The notes beneath the pieces are model-generated. The model saw only the letters and a list, made by a program, of their open reading frames with translations, was not told where the DNA came from and did no database searches. From the NCBI GenBank assembly GCA_028023455.1, contig JAQFVV010000010.1, positions 7,502,001 to 7,566,000 on the forward strand: a stretch of DNA of 64,000 nt, read 5' to 3'. The DNA comes from Epiperipatus broadwayi. Its lineage: Eukaryota; Animalia; Onychophora. A program made the position numbers and the translations under genes. Shown here piece by piece: positions 12,860-26,060 of this stretch (the stretch's first letter is position 1; each line of letters starts with the position of its first letter).

Positions 12860-14100
12860 CTATCTAAAGAAAATATATGCTAAACAGATAAAAGTGTAAT
12901 CTTTCTGGACTTTTAACATCTTTTGGGATTCAGTTGTCAATAAATTGCATTTATTGTAGTAATATATCCAGCCACTTAAAATCTTTCAACACAATGTTTA
13001 TTTGTTTTCACACATGTAATTTGCTTTCAATTCCACATGCATTTCTTCGTATTATAATATATTAGCCCTTCTATTAAGTACCCAGTTGTCAAAATCCAAA
13101 AAAAATCTTCATTTCCATGTATATAAGGATATATATTTTTATTACTAAAAGCATTTGTCCAAATTTAAACCTATGATATAATAATGATGTAATCAAGTAT
13201 TTATAACTGCCAACTTTTAATTCACAACTAACAAGCTTTCCTTTTTCTCTTTTTTAAAACAAACAAACAAACAAAAAAATAACAGCTAAATATTTATTTA
13301 CTTTATTTGGTATATCTTTTTAGTCCTAATTTAATGCTCTCTTCCCAACAATTCCATCAACCATAAAATTTAAATGACTTAAGTAATCTATTTTTATTCT
13401 TTTTAATTCTCATGTTTCTATTTTTTTCTTAAAAATGCTGCTAAAGCTTGTCCTATGTCATTTAGTACAATGATGATGGAATCACCATGCCATACATCCA
13501 ATCCAAAGTTAATAATCTGAATACCTTCATGTGCCTTAATCATTATTATGCATTCTGATATTATTTAATTATTGTGATGATTCTAAGATTGAACTGCATT
13601 AGAAATATTTATGAAATCAATAATTTTGTGTAATCTATAAGATGATTACAATCCCCTTTAATACTTAGATGTAGTTTATTGAGCTATAACTACTTTTAAA
13701 TTCAACAAGTTCTTTTGTTGATTTGTGTTTATTGTTTGTAATGAAGTTAGTAAATATCTCAAACATATCTGATAGAAGGTCAATAGCTCTTTAATTCCTG
13801 ATATCTACTTCACCTTTGATAAACATCAAATCTACTATTATATTTCACAGTTATCTGATATATTCATTATTGTAAGAATAACTCTGTTTCATGTTTTGCA
13901 TTATTGTGTAGTCCTTTATTCATATAAAAAATCCATTCTTTTTAATAATAGTATCAGCATTTCTGCTTATTGTTGACACAACTTTCCTACCATTTTCAGG
14001 ATGTTTTTTACATCATTTCAAATTGTATTTTGTTAAGTTATCATTGAGGAGTCTGAGTGACTTATGGCCAACATTAATATGACAACATAATTGGCAAACA
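12860..14100 (-). mobile_element. Heavily decayed RTE-like LINE (RT and 3' region)
   Basis: Minus-strand fragments EGIQI..HGDSIII (at the YADD position), PYIHGNE..WILT (cf. PVLTYGSETWTLT), KWLDIL, IPKDVKSP. Many stops and frameshifts. Confidence 0.4.
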
Positions 14101-14247
14101 AGGGCTTTGAACACACCGTCATCAGATTTTCAATGATATGGATGACTCAAGAGTTGGAGAGTGAAGACGATTGAAATCTGTTCATTAAAGTTTGAAGATT
14201 TGCAATCTTAATATAAACTGAGCACTGGATTACACATGTGTGTGTGA

Positions 14248-14308
14248 GATGATCCGGATCAATTGATGAGTGCTGGTTCAGCATGAAATACGTATATTAG
14301 AGATCATT
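14248..14308 (+). ncRNA. Type I hammerhead ribozyme, family 2, C3U variant
   Basis: GAUGAUC-CGGA-UCAA UUGAUGA GUGCUG-GUU-CAGCAU GAAA UACGUAU A UUAG-A-GAUCAUU. Stem II is 6 bp, stem III is the palindrome AUACGUAU, and the distal stem I is 7 bp. Core C3 is U and the proximal stem I has one mismatch. Confidence 0.75.
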
Positions 14309-15175
14309 TATCTTTTTCACGTGTATGTTGTCATGTGTAACGGTTGTATAAGATAGAATGGATGACTGAAAGGAGTTTGAAAGTCTGGGTTCAAACTCCC
14401 TTTAATAATTTATTTATTGTATCATTTTGTAGATTTCTAATTAATTTTTCTATATAGATCATTTTAAACTATTTCATGTTAGGTTTCTTTCTGCACACAT
14501 TGTCCTGCTTAATCTGTTTCATAGTTTTGGATATTGTATCAATCTCCTTAAAATTTGTTAACATTTTTTAAAGTGATTTATACATTTTAGTTTAAAATTT
14601 TTTTTAATCACTTCTATATCTTCACTTTTTCTTCAGATTTTCTCAGGAAAAAAAAATCATAATGTATACACAGGTTTTCTTACTCCATAAAATCCACAAA
14701 TCTATATGTGCAATCTTTATCAGAAATAAGTTTATTGAGATATAAATTTGAATTATATGAATTTGATATTCTCCATTAAGTTTAAATTATAATGTCAAAC
14801 CTGCTATAACATTGGACGTATTTTCGAATTCCACAATTTTTGTTGCACACTCTTTCCTTTATAATCAAGTACACATCCAATTTCATATGCTACTTTATCT
14901 TTTAAACTAAACATTCTCTAATTAACATTAATTTTTTTTAATTAACCATATCTTTTACATGCCAACAGGATAACAAGTCTAACTACAAAACAAAAAATTA
15001 TATTAATAATTTATCATTCGTTAAACTAGAGATTATCTACTTAATTAATAATATTTCTGTAGTATAATTTTCACTACATCACTCATGCACGGTAGAGATT
15101 GGTTTCTATCTGCTTTTAACACCTTGTGAAGGGGTGTAAGCATAAACATATGACCAAAGACGTGTGAAAAAAATG

Positions 15176-15236
15176 TATGATCCCCAAGATGCACATTTCA
15201 TGTTGAACCAATATTCATCAGTTGACCCAGATCACA
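15176..15236 (-). ncRNA. Type I hammerhead ribozyme, family 2, intact core
   Basis: Minus: UGUGAUC-UGGG-UCAA CUGAUGA AUAUUG-GUU-CAACAU GAAA UGUGCAU C UUGG-G-GAUCAUA. Core intact, AUC cleavage triplet (15188/15187), one A-C mismatch in stem II. Homologous over ~110 bp to the 14.25-kb copy. Confidence 0.8.
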
Positions 15237-16370
15237 ATCTCTTACACATATCTTTATTATTGTTCAATATATATAAACAATTACTATAGTTTAATTGATA
15301 AATATTAAAATTAATACTGACAAAGATCGTGAGGGCAGTAAATTTGACATTTATTAAATAAAAAATGAATTCACTTTTCACCTTTATATTAAATGGTTAT
15401 GATTACTTCATATGAAATCCAATTTAAGAGATATTTATTTAATCTATATAATATATTAGAGCAGTAAAATGAAAATATATCTGCTCAATTATGTTCATTT
15501 CAATTTAAAATGATTCAAATAACAATTTAATAACATCTCAGATGATTTAAATTTCACACTTATTATTATAAAGTATTTAGATATAATAAGAGTAAATTAA
15601 TTTATTTCATTTGTTTTATAGTTACATTTAATACCAGAAGGCATGAAAGGACTGTACTGGAATGAAAAATCCTTAACTTTAAATATTATTTTATACGAAA
15701 TCCAGTCTAAAATATGTACTTATTTAATTTTTCACTTTTCTTTTAATTTCATACATTCATAAATATCATTTAATTTAGTTTTTACAATTTATGCAACATT
15801 TCTTAGTTAATAATGAGCTACAATTGTCATTATAAAAATTAAGATATCATAGAATGACAGCCTAGGTACAGTAATTCTTATCATAGTTTGAAACCAATAG
15901 ATAGACTGGCGGATAATATTATAGGTTCAGAAATTGAGGCTCATAGTATATTATTTGTTTCATCATAAAAAGTAATATAAAAAGTGAATACATATATAAC
16001 ATAGACATAGCATGTTCCCAAAAGATCCAAATCTTAAAAATAAATCCAATAGTTTTTTTATGAAAAAACAATAAATTGAAAGCTGCCACATTCATGTTGG
16101 TGAGTAGATATTAATAATCATAAGGTAACAATAAACAGAATGTTATAATACTTATATGATCTAAAATGTATAAGTTTTTAAACTGAATTCATTCAAAGAG
16201 AAATCAAATATCTCATTTCAGTTAGTAGCAAATCTTTTTGAAGTCATTGGTCAATAGTAACACAGCATATGGACAATATTTATATAATCAAGATGTATCA
16301 TCTAATCCTATAACATCTTTAGTTCATAGGGTATACTAAGATGATAGGTAAGTTAAATATATATATATAT

Positions 16371-17815
16371 TGTACGGTTTATTTATATATGGTACAAATA
16401 TATTGGCATTTGATAAAAGCTAAAAAAAGAGTAAACTTAGATATTTTTTTTTGTTAGTACAATCTTTTTTAAAAACGTACAGTGAAAGTTAAAATTGTCT
16501 TTCATATTTTTTTTTACGTAATTAAAAATAAAAGTAAAAATTGGAGAGAACAAAAGACACACAAATCACTAATCTAGATAAGCTAAAAGAAAAATATTTT
16601 AGCTAATTAAAGATGGCCGAAGGACTTGATAAAAAAAAGAACTTTGTAATTGAAAACCGATAAAAAAATGTACAAGATTACCTACGTATATTTTGGTAAA
16701 CAAAAGATATGCGCAGAAATCTGAAAACTGGACCTCGATCATAAAAAGAAAGAGGCCAGTTTGATCAGGGTCTTGTTTCGTCTGTTTTTCTACAGTTGGT
16801 CCTGGATAACAAAATATATCCAGATTGCCCTACGCTGAAATAATTCTGCATGTTGGAGTGAACCGGAGCTTCTGCGGACATTGTGCCTGAAGATGGACAC
16901 CAGAAAAGCCTTCATGACCGACTAGAAGAAATAGACCACAAGATCAACTTATAACCAATGGCCGAGCTCATTCTAACCCAAAAAACTATGCTTAGTAATC
17001 TACAACCTTCTCGCTAAACTTACCGGTAAGCTATGACTCATTATTATTCCCGATTGTGACTAAATTGTCGACAAACCATCTTAAAAATATACGTATAATA
17101 GGACCCCGATATGGACTTTAATTTTATTGATCAAGAGACTCTTATTTACCCAAGAACTTTTTAATTGTGAAACTGTTTTTTTTTTATTAATGTATTCATA
17201 TCTGAATTAGCGTGTGTTCTCTCTAGTTTATTTAATTAACAATTTAACGTTAAATATTTTAATTTGTTAGAATAATAAAAAAATATTTCTAATATCAACT
17301 TTTCATTTGTGCATTATTAATAATAGTTATTAATTAATATTAAATTTATTAATATTAGTTTAGTGATGTCTAAAAATATAATTTACCTTTGCCAATATGT
17401 TTAATAAGTTCCAGGAATACTAATATTTAGGAAATAATTCTAAGTTACAGTGTAATCTAATACTGATTCTTTAAAACATTTTTCTTTTTAATTTGCGAGA
17501 TGTTATGTGATGATTTCAGTGGATTCTTACAGAATCCTGGAGCCTTTCAAATAAATTAAAAACTGATTTTGTCAATAGCGTAAATCGTAACAATTACTAG
17601 GTAGAGTTGATCAGGAAATATAGTTGTTTTTTAGAAATAGATATACAACTTTCTTCTTTTTGCATAACTTGATCAACTCGTGCATTTTATATGTGTATTT
17701 TATATGTGTAACAGACCTAGTCAGACAGAAAAACATTTCATTGGCGACCCAACTCGAGACTCCGATACAACAACCACAACCTGAGATACGTTGTAATGGT
17801 ATAAAGAACATTACA
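16371..17815 (+). mobile_element. Solo LTR A (probably Ty3/Gypsy-type)
   Basis: Begins TGTAC, ends TTACA, flanked by ATAT on both sides. Colinear diverged homology to 17846-19576. Orientation is inferred. Confidence 0.7.
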
Positions 17816-17845
17816 ATATAAATTATGTAAAATAAGTTAATATAT

Positions 17846-19576
17846 TGTACCGTATACAAATAGATGGTCCAAATATATTGCCATTTGAGAATACTTAAAA
17901 GCTAAAAAAAAAAAGAGTAGAATTTAAAGATTGCACAAAAGATGCAATTTGCTTAGTATAATTTATTTTTTTAAAATGTACAATGAGTCGATTCTTTTTC
18001 TTTCTAATTATTTATCTGTAATTTAATAAAAGTTGAAATTGGAAAGAATAAAAAAGGCATACAGATTACTAATCCAGATAAGCAAAAAGAATTCCAAAAA
18101 TACAAATATTACAATCAAGAAAACCACTAGGATATTAATTAAAGATGGCGGAAAGAATTTGTTAAAAAAAAGAACTTTATGACAGAAAAAGAAAATAAAT
18201 GTATAAGATTATAATAACATGCGCAGAAGTTTCAAAACTGGATTGAGGTATAAAAAGAAGACAACTTCGATCTAGGTCTTTCATTTATCTTCTGGTTGTG
18301 TTTTTAGAGTTGGAGGTTTCTGTGAGAGTGACCTGTTACACTGAGATGCGTCTGCACAGGAACACTATTCACTTGCTGAATGAAGTCGTCGCGTAAGAAT
18401 GAAAATGAAGCCTTGTGCACACATCTTTCGTAACGAAGAGGTCATTGCAACCGAGCTTCTTACTCCAGCTATGGAACGAACCAGGAATGCGAAGATGTCA
18501 GCAGGGGAGATCAATTAAATTTCAAGGAGCACATGATCCCAAAGAAAGACAAGTATATTACAAGAACTGATACAAGCTTACCGCTAAGTTAAGATTATTT
18601 ACTTCCAATTTGTGACTTTAATTGTTGGCCAATTAACGTTAACTAGGAATGATAATACCAATAGTGACTGATTTTCAATGTTTCAAGGAACTAGCTAGAA
18701 GAATTTAAATGTAACAAGAACTTTTCATCTGATTAATAGTATTTGGATTAGTGTATGTTTTTTTCCCAATTTTTTCTTTACTAATTCTTAGCCATTAAGC
18801 TAATGCACATATGCTTTGTGCATTTTTAACTATAAATGAATACTCTTACTTCCAAACACAGGATAAAGTCTTTGTGAAAAGACAAAATGAATCCATCTAT
18901 CCTTACCATACATAAACGTTTGGGTTAAAAGGATAGATGGATTCATTCTATCTTTTCACACAGACTTTATCCTGTGTTTGGAAGTGAGTATTCATTTATA
19001 GTTAAAAATCCACAAAGCGCATATGCATTAGCTTAATGGCTGATTATTATTATTACAGTTTATAAAAACATAGCGCTATATAAAATAAATATCTCATTTA
19101 CTAATTCTTGTATAAATATTTTAAATAGATTTTAATAAAATATTTAGTATTAATTTAGTGCTCTCTTTGTACATTCTTAATTTGAATATTAGATGTTATT
19201 AATTTTAGTTTATTAATGTTTAATTGAAGAAATTACCTTTGCCATTATATTAGTTTAGCCCCGGAAAAGATTTATAGAGATTTTTAAAATGACAATAAAT
19301 CTAGACTTCGATCTTCGTAATAAATTTCCTTTTAAATTAAGATGTGCGATGCAATGCGACTGATCGGCAAATTCATGTAGAATTCTGGCGCCCTAAAATA
19401 AACAAAAAACCGATTCCATTTGCTGTACACATCATAATAATTAGTAGGCCAATTAATCAGGAAATATAGCTATGCTTTTGGAAATAGGAACAAGATATTT
19501 TCTTCTCCATAGTTTGATTAACTTTCACTTTATAGTGTGTAAAAGAAGGCCTTTCCAAAACGTGAAAAACGTTACA
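17846..19576 (+). mobile_element. Solo LTR B, related to LTR A, carrying a fold-back insertion
   Basis: Begins TGTAC, ends TTACA, with ATAT at 17842-17845 and 19577-19580. Shares blocks with LTR A throughout (e.g. CAAATATATTG.CATTTGA, ATCAGGAAATATAG). Confidence 0.7.
18790..19100. repeat. Fold-back insertion (~115-bp arms) of the same family as 30776-31545
   Basis: Inverted arms 18790-18904 / 18929-19041 with a 24-nt spacer. The sequence and its continuation (AGCGCTATA.AAAATAAAT) align with the 31-kb repeat. Confidence 0.85.
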
Positions 19577-19799
19577 ATATATACACATGCCATATTTGTT
19601 CAACTATATGAAACAAATATTGTTCTGACATTACAACATATGCTCTATTGTCATTCTATCAATAAAAAATCATCAATATATTTTAATATAATTTGGCTAT
19701 TAATTATCTTTAATGATATATTTCTTTGGGTTAAAAGTACAGTCAAAGTTTCTACCAATTCTAACTTATCCTAGGTACACTCTTTACCTAGCAAACAAA

Positions 19800-22640
19800 A
19801 TTATTTCAACTTAATATTAAGAATATTAAAGTCAAAAATGGAGATCCTCTACAAATTAATTGTACTTTAGGGGATTCATAATTCTGTTAATAATGCATTC
19901 TAAACATGGAATGGATATTTATATTTCAAATCATCTTGTAAAGAAAACTTCTAATTAAAGATAATTCAAAATTTCTAATACAAATTGACTCTAACCTCTT
20001 TTTTCAAATCTTCCTTCACCTTTTCTATTTATAGATTTCTACTTCTCATAGTAGTCTTTGGGAATATATAAATGAGAATCAAGCAAGTTGATAATTATTT
20101 AAAATGGTTAAATTTAAACAACATGCACTTACTTTATAATGTCAGTGAACAAGAACATTACATTAAAAACAGAGGGGAAACAAAAACAATTCACTATTAC
20201 CTCTGAAGTACTGATATTAGATCATTTCCCTATAGCAAAATAAATTCAATCTAATTATCTAATATTAAATGGCAAATGTCTTTAAATAATTTCAATTATA
20301 TAACTTTCCAAATACAGTCAACTGTTAGCCATAGCACACAGGTTATTATATGATATTTTGAGATATTATTTTCTTTCCTTCTTCAGATGTTCCTGGTCTA
20401 ATCAGCGATAGTACTAACATGGAAACCAAATTTGAATCTCCAGATTCATAAATAAGTTCATTGTTAGTCACCATAATTCAATATTTATGAATTTAAAAGT
20501 TGGATTTAATTTCATGCTACTACTATTATTGGTCAGATATGCAATACCTAAATAAGAAAAACAAATAGTATCAATCAATGTTGTGATATATACCTTACTA
20601 ACCTTTGTGTCATTACTAATAGTTGAATGTATTTGGAAAGTTTAAATCAAATTATTCTTGATATCCATATTTCTATAATTATGAAGTTATTCTGCTTTGA
20701 AATAGAATTTAATGAAAACTAATGAAATTGGTATATTGAATTATATTAATAGAATCTCTACAATTTCCCATTGCTATGATAGGTTTAACAAATTCTTAAT
20801 AATAGCTTTAAGTAAATTCATCTTTCAAAAGTATTAAAGCAATTCTTTCCAAATCGTATCAAACCCGGCAGTGCATTTTATAGTCAATTTTTGTCTACCA
20901 AGGGTCTGGAAATTGCTGATAAATTTATAATATTACTTGATAAAAAGAAAAATGGAGAAACAAAACTTCACAAGATCTAGTCATAGGGCTTGGTTATTTT
21001 TATGAAAGTTTGGTGGATATAAAAATACTTCTCAAAAAAGTCACCAATCTTATACAAAAAAAATTATTTAGAACAGATTTGCATGTTTTTCTCTCACAAT
21101 GTTACTCTAATATCAATCTGATAAATCCTGTAGATGTTGATAAATTTAAAATTGCCTTTGAATTTCTTAAACCAGGAAAGGCTTCAGGAGCATATTTCTA
21201 GAATTTCTAAAAACATTTAGAAACTAAAATCAAAACAGGTTTGGTAAAATTATTCAGTAAAATTACTCAGACAAAAACTATTAGAAAAATTTGGCATAAA
21301 AGCAAATAAATTAAAACAAAAAGGATACCAAAAAATTATCACCCAATATTATTGTGTTTCCTACAAGCTTTTAAAAAGAATCACATTAACAAGAATTTTG
21401 TGCCAACAGATGAAAACCATCTATAATAAATCTATGGAATAGGCTAAGATTTAGGAAAAAAGAAAATTGCTGTGAACAAATTTTATTTTAAATAGCTCAC
21501 AATAAAAAAAGTTTTCCAAAATAAATTAAAAACTGATAATATGTGTTGATCTAATTTCAGCTTATGATTCTGTTGGGAAAATTTCCCAAAATTCTTAAAT
21601 GAAGGAAATCCGTTAATTTACTTGACAAAATGCTCTAATAAAGTTAAAGTGACATTAAATGATAATTGTAGCACATACAAACTTTTATAGAATGTCTTTC
21701 CACAGAATTTATTTTTTCATTTACTCTATTTAATATATTCATCAGTGATTTTCCAAAAGTAGCATATAAGGAATTCGTCTCTGCTGATGATATTGCTTTG
21801 ACTTATCAAAATATTCTTTCCTGAAATAAAAACATTTCTCAAATATGAAAAGAATGGATTTTTTTTAAAGACTGGAATCTTATTCCCAATCCACAACTTT
21901 TTACAATAATATATAGAAACACAATCATACCTCTATTATTTAGGAGTAACTTTCGATTATAGCCTAACTTATTTTCTTCAATTAACTAATATTAGATCAA
22001 AATTAATTTCTAGCAATAACCTTCCTGGAAGTTTGGTTAGCACTATTTAAAGTTGTACAAGTAGTTTATGGACAGTTTCCTTAGCATAATTTTATGGAAA
22101 ATATAGTACGCTTGTTTGGAGAAAAGGTTATCATCCTAAACATCTGATATTTAATTAAATATTATTATGAAAAATATTATTAGCAAATTCAAGCTTACTC
22201 CTTTGTAGTAGCTACCTGTTCTTTCACATATTGCTTTGCAAAATATTATAAAAAGTTGTTAAGCAGATCTGATTTGTCAATAAATCAAAATATAATTTCA
22301 CTACCTAAGACTTGTTTCAAATTAACATTTCCTTTTTGGATATTCAACCAAGAATCTATAATTGAAGAATTAATTAAGTGTAAAAAAAAATGGAATTCTC
22401 TTGAGATTACAAAAAAAATTTTGTTTTCCAGATCAATAACAAAATCAACTGGATTATCATCTATAGATTAAGAAAAAATCATAGCTGTTGTGCTCATCTG
22501 CTTCATAAATTAAATTTAATAGCCAAATAAAATATGTAATTAAGAACAAACACAAACCATGAATTACATAGTTAATGATTGCCTATTCTAAAGCTACAGT
22601 TGCAGGATTAAAGGATTTAATAAACTACTAGTGAACCTAT
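19800..22640 (+). mobile_element. Decayed near-full-length non-LTR element (APE, RT, CCHC-like end), Vingi/Ingi-like
   Basis: LDHFPYS (APE end), HRAWL, LKPGKASG, KNYHPI, CCEQIL, VDLISAYDSV, LFNIFISDFP, SADDIALTYQ (21780-21809), WNLIPNP, YLGVTFDYSLTY, LPVLSHI, QTMNYIVNDC. Clade assignment is from recalled motif similarity only. Confidence 0.8.
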
Positions 22641-24692
22641 TTTCTGGTTGAAATTTTTACAAGTTCTTTTATAAAAAATTTTTAATAATTAAACTTTCTT
22701 ATATATATAAAATCTATTTAGTAAATAAAATAACTAATAATAACTTTTTCAGGTTGGAGATTGTTGTCAGATGAATGACAAACTCTCATATTGATTGCAT
22801 ATCTGACATTAGACATGTATACTTATATACATTATTTTTTTAAACTAGAAATTTTTAATTTATTACATATAAACACTAAGTTTTTTTTCCTGATAATTAG
22901 CTGATTTTAAACATATTTAACCAGAAATTTTTTTTTTTGTTATTAAAAAACAAACAAACTATCACATGTTGTTTTGCTTCAATGCAGACATTTATCAATA
23001 AACAAAAATAATAAGATACAATTAAATGTCTTCAAACAATTTTTTTTCTTAAAAAAAAAAAAATCTAAGCAAAAATTAAAGCTGTTAAATTCATTAATTC
23101 CAAAAAATATATGTGTACAAAATTTGAGGGATGTAATACTAAAACAATGCATTTGTGAAGTCAAGCACTATAAATGACAACATGTTTATGCATGCAAGAA
23201 TATAAGTAACAATGAGAATCTTAAAAAAAAAACCCACACCAACTTTGAATTAAAAAGTGAAAGTACAGATTATTTCTGATGTAGTTTCAAGTTTTTGTTG
23301 TAATTGACTTCATAACATAATTTGAAATAATTGTAAATTAAATGTCAATGTTTTGTTTATTTCAAACAAATAAATAAATAAAAAATTCTTTTGCATAAAT
23401 TAAAAATAATCTTCAAATACTAATTTATCAAATTATTTTTTTTTTAAAAAAAGTTACCTGGATTTGATTTTCAGAAAATTAATGTAATATATAATATTTT
23501 AGATAAATTTTTTATATTACATGCAAAATTCATATTTATTTGTGCTACAATAATAAAAATTATTCCCAGAATTTCTTATTATTATGCCCATATGTAAATC
23601 AACACAATGAAGAGAAACACTGCAGCAAAAAAAAAAAAAAGGGTTGAAAAATAAAATGTGAACAAATTAACAAGAGTAAAGAAAAATCAAACTTTATTTA
23701 GGAAATATATTTTCTTTTTTTTTTTTAAAAAAAAAAAAAAAGATGAATGATGCCCAAATCCAAAAACATTCTTTTAGATGAGAAATATATACAGACAACA
23801 TTCTGTTTCTTTATAATAAATGGCATTCAAAGAGAAATGAAAAATATCAATCATATTAAAGAACTTATTAAAATATATCTTCATAACCAAAATGAGGTGC
23901 CTTAATACAATACTAGCTTAAGTTCACATGATAGTACATACTTCTGCCAAGTTCCAGTATGGATTCCTTATAGCACAATTAATCAGAATAATGTATGCTG
24001 ACTCATAAAAAATATGGATAATTAAAATATTTACTTTCAATAGAAATATTTTTACTTTAAAAAAAAAAAAAATCCTCAAACAGCTGATTATTTCATTAAA
24101 TTTAATGCATTTGCTGTAATCTATCTATCCAGTTATCAAAATTGGTTTAGAAACACACAATAATTTCCCTCTAATGTTCTCATATTGTTAGATTTTATCG
24201 TTAGTTTTAATTTTTAATGTACTACTAATTAAACAATACTTCTTGAAAAAGTAAATGACCAACATCACAGTTTATTGCAAAATTATTTAATTTAGATTTC
24301 AAAATTAAAACATTTAACCAATATTGCTTTTTAAAAATTATGGATCAGATATAAATTTAAATGTTTGCAAAGATTCAAGAGTTTCAATAAGGAATAGACT
24401 GTAATCTTTCTGAAAAATTAATTTAGGAACATTACTAATAATATCATATAAAGTTTAATGATTTACTTCTAATAAATAGTTTATTCAAGCTACTATTATA
24501 CATTTGAAAATAATAAATATTTTAATATAAGCAAAACTGAATAATTATAAACTGCTTACTGATTTACATATTTCATTAACTTTATTTTTAATGTGGATTT
24601 GAAAATTTGAACTTTAAATGTTTCTTGAATTACATGTTAAATTCTCATTATTTCTTTACTGTTTTTTTTTAAAATCATTATGATAAACCCAT

Positions 24693-24892
24693 ATATTATA
24701 ATATAATCTTCAATATCTTCTCTTCCTCTTTCCTTCTTTATTTTTGCTTTTCTAGTATATAGCATATAATAACCACATTCTACTCTTTTTACACTTTGAA
24801 GCAAAATACATTTATTAATATTATAATTTCGACTGTAATATTAATAAATATATTTTGCTTCAAAGTGTAAAAAGAGTGGAATGAGGTTATTA
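24693..24892 (-). mobile_element. 200-bp insertion with 61-bp fold-back and half-hammerhead (Penelope-type 5' inversion)
   Basis: 14-bp direct repeat TATGATAAACCCAT (24679-24692, 24893-24906). Arms 24763-24823 / 24836-24896 have 3 mismatches. The spacer reads GUC-GAAA-UUAUAAU-A on the minus strand. Confidence 0.65.
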
Positions 24893-26060
24893 TATGATAA
24901 ACCCATCCTAGTTTATTTTATGGTAACTTTTCTATATTAAAGAACAAAAAACAATTGTTTCTAGAATCTTACATTTAGAAGTAATATATTCCAACAGGAA
25001 AAAAATATAATAACAAAATCAAAAATACTACAAAATTAATCTATTCAACTAAATTTGAAACACATACTTTTTTCCTAGTGAAAACTATATATAATCAATG
25101 TTTCGATAAAATCTTGCACATATAAGAAGTATAACAATCTTCTTTAATGTTTACATTAATCAGGTTCTCATTCTATTTTGCTACATCATGGTTAAATATA
25201 TATATAGCAGAATGCATAATTAAAAAATAATAATTTCACTACTTAAAAGTACAAAAAGCACATAATTAAGTTAAAATTTATTAAGTGAACTTAACAAATT
25301 ATACCAAAAATGTATGACATTAATCAAAGCAGAAAACTAAGAAAATGTTATGTGCATGGTACTTTGACCAATAATATTCCTTCAATTTCATTATAGCACT
25401 TCTCACTATAATAGAATCATCTTTTTTTTTTTTTAAAAAAAATATTAATTAAAAAATTTAAGGACTTGTTTAAGAAGAAATGATAAATATTATCTATTAC
25501 AATTTCAAATAGTAATAAAGTCATTCTTAAATCTTTTTTTTTTTTAAAAAATAAAAATGCTCAAAATAGAAATTAATATTTTAGATTTTTAATTTAATAT
25601 TGTATTTAACACACGAAAAAAAGAAAAGTAAATTGTCAAGTTTAAAAAAAAATTAGATTGGTCATATATTTAAAAAGATATCTTGCAATACAAATGTATT
25701 TATGTTTAACTATTAGTTGGTGTCATCTTTAATTTTTTTCACAAACATATAACTGGTATGTATATATATACATACAGCATGCATGTAATAAGAGGAAGGA
25801 TATAAATATAAAAATATGCAGAACAAAAAAAGAAAATTCAGGGTCACAGTTAACATTAACTTGATTACAAAAGCTTTAAGAATTTCACTGAGGATATATC
25901 AAATTCTATGGAAAGAGCTAATAAAAAAAAAAAATTAAAAATATGGTTATATCAATATATAATTATCAACCACTACATGTTTGGTGGTTTTGTAGTGTTT
26001 AGTTACATTAAAAATACTCAATATTACAAGCATTATCAACTAATTTTCACTGTACAAATA

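Noticed and set aside
14095-14135. Minus-strand CUGAUGA CGG... motif
   Set aside because: No GAAA follows the putative stem II.
16880-16925. Hammerhead-like CUGAAGA UGG-ACA-CCA GAAA AGCCUUC in LTR A
   Set aside because: Stem I cannot form next to the core, and the motif is not conserved in sister LTR B. Probably chance.
25885-25925. CUGAGGA UAUA...UAUG GAAA motif
   Set aside because: No stem I, and the pairing is AT-only and likely random.
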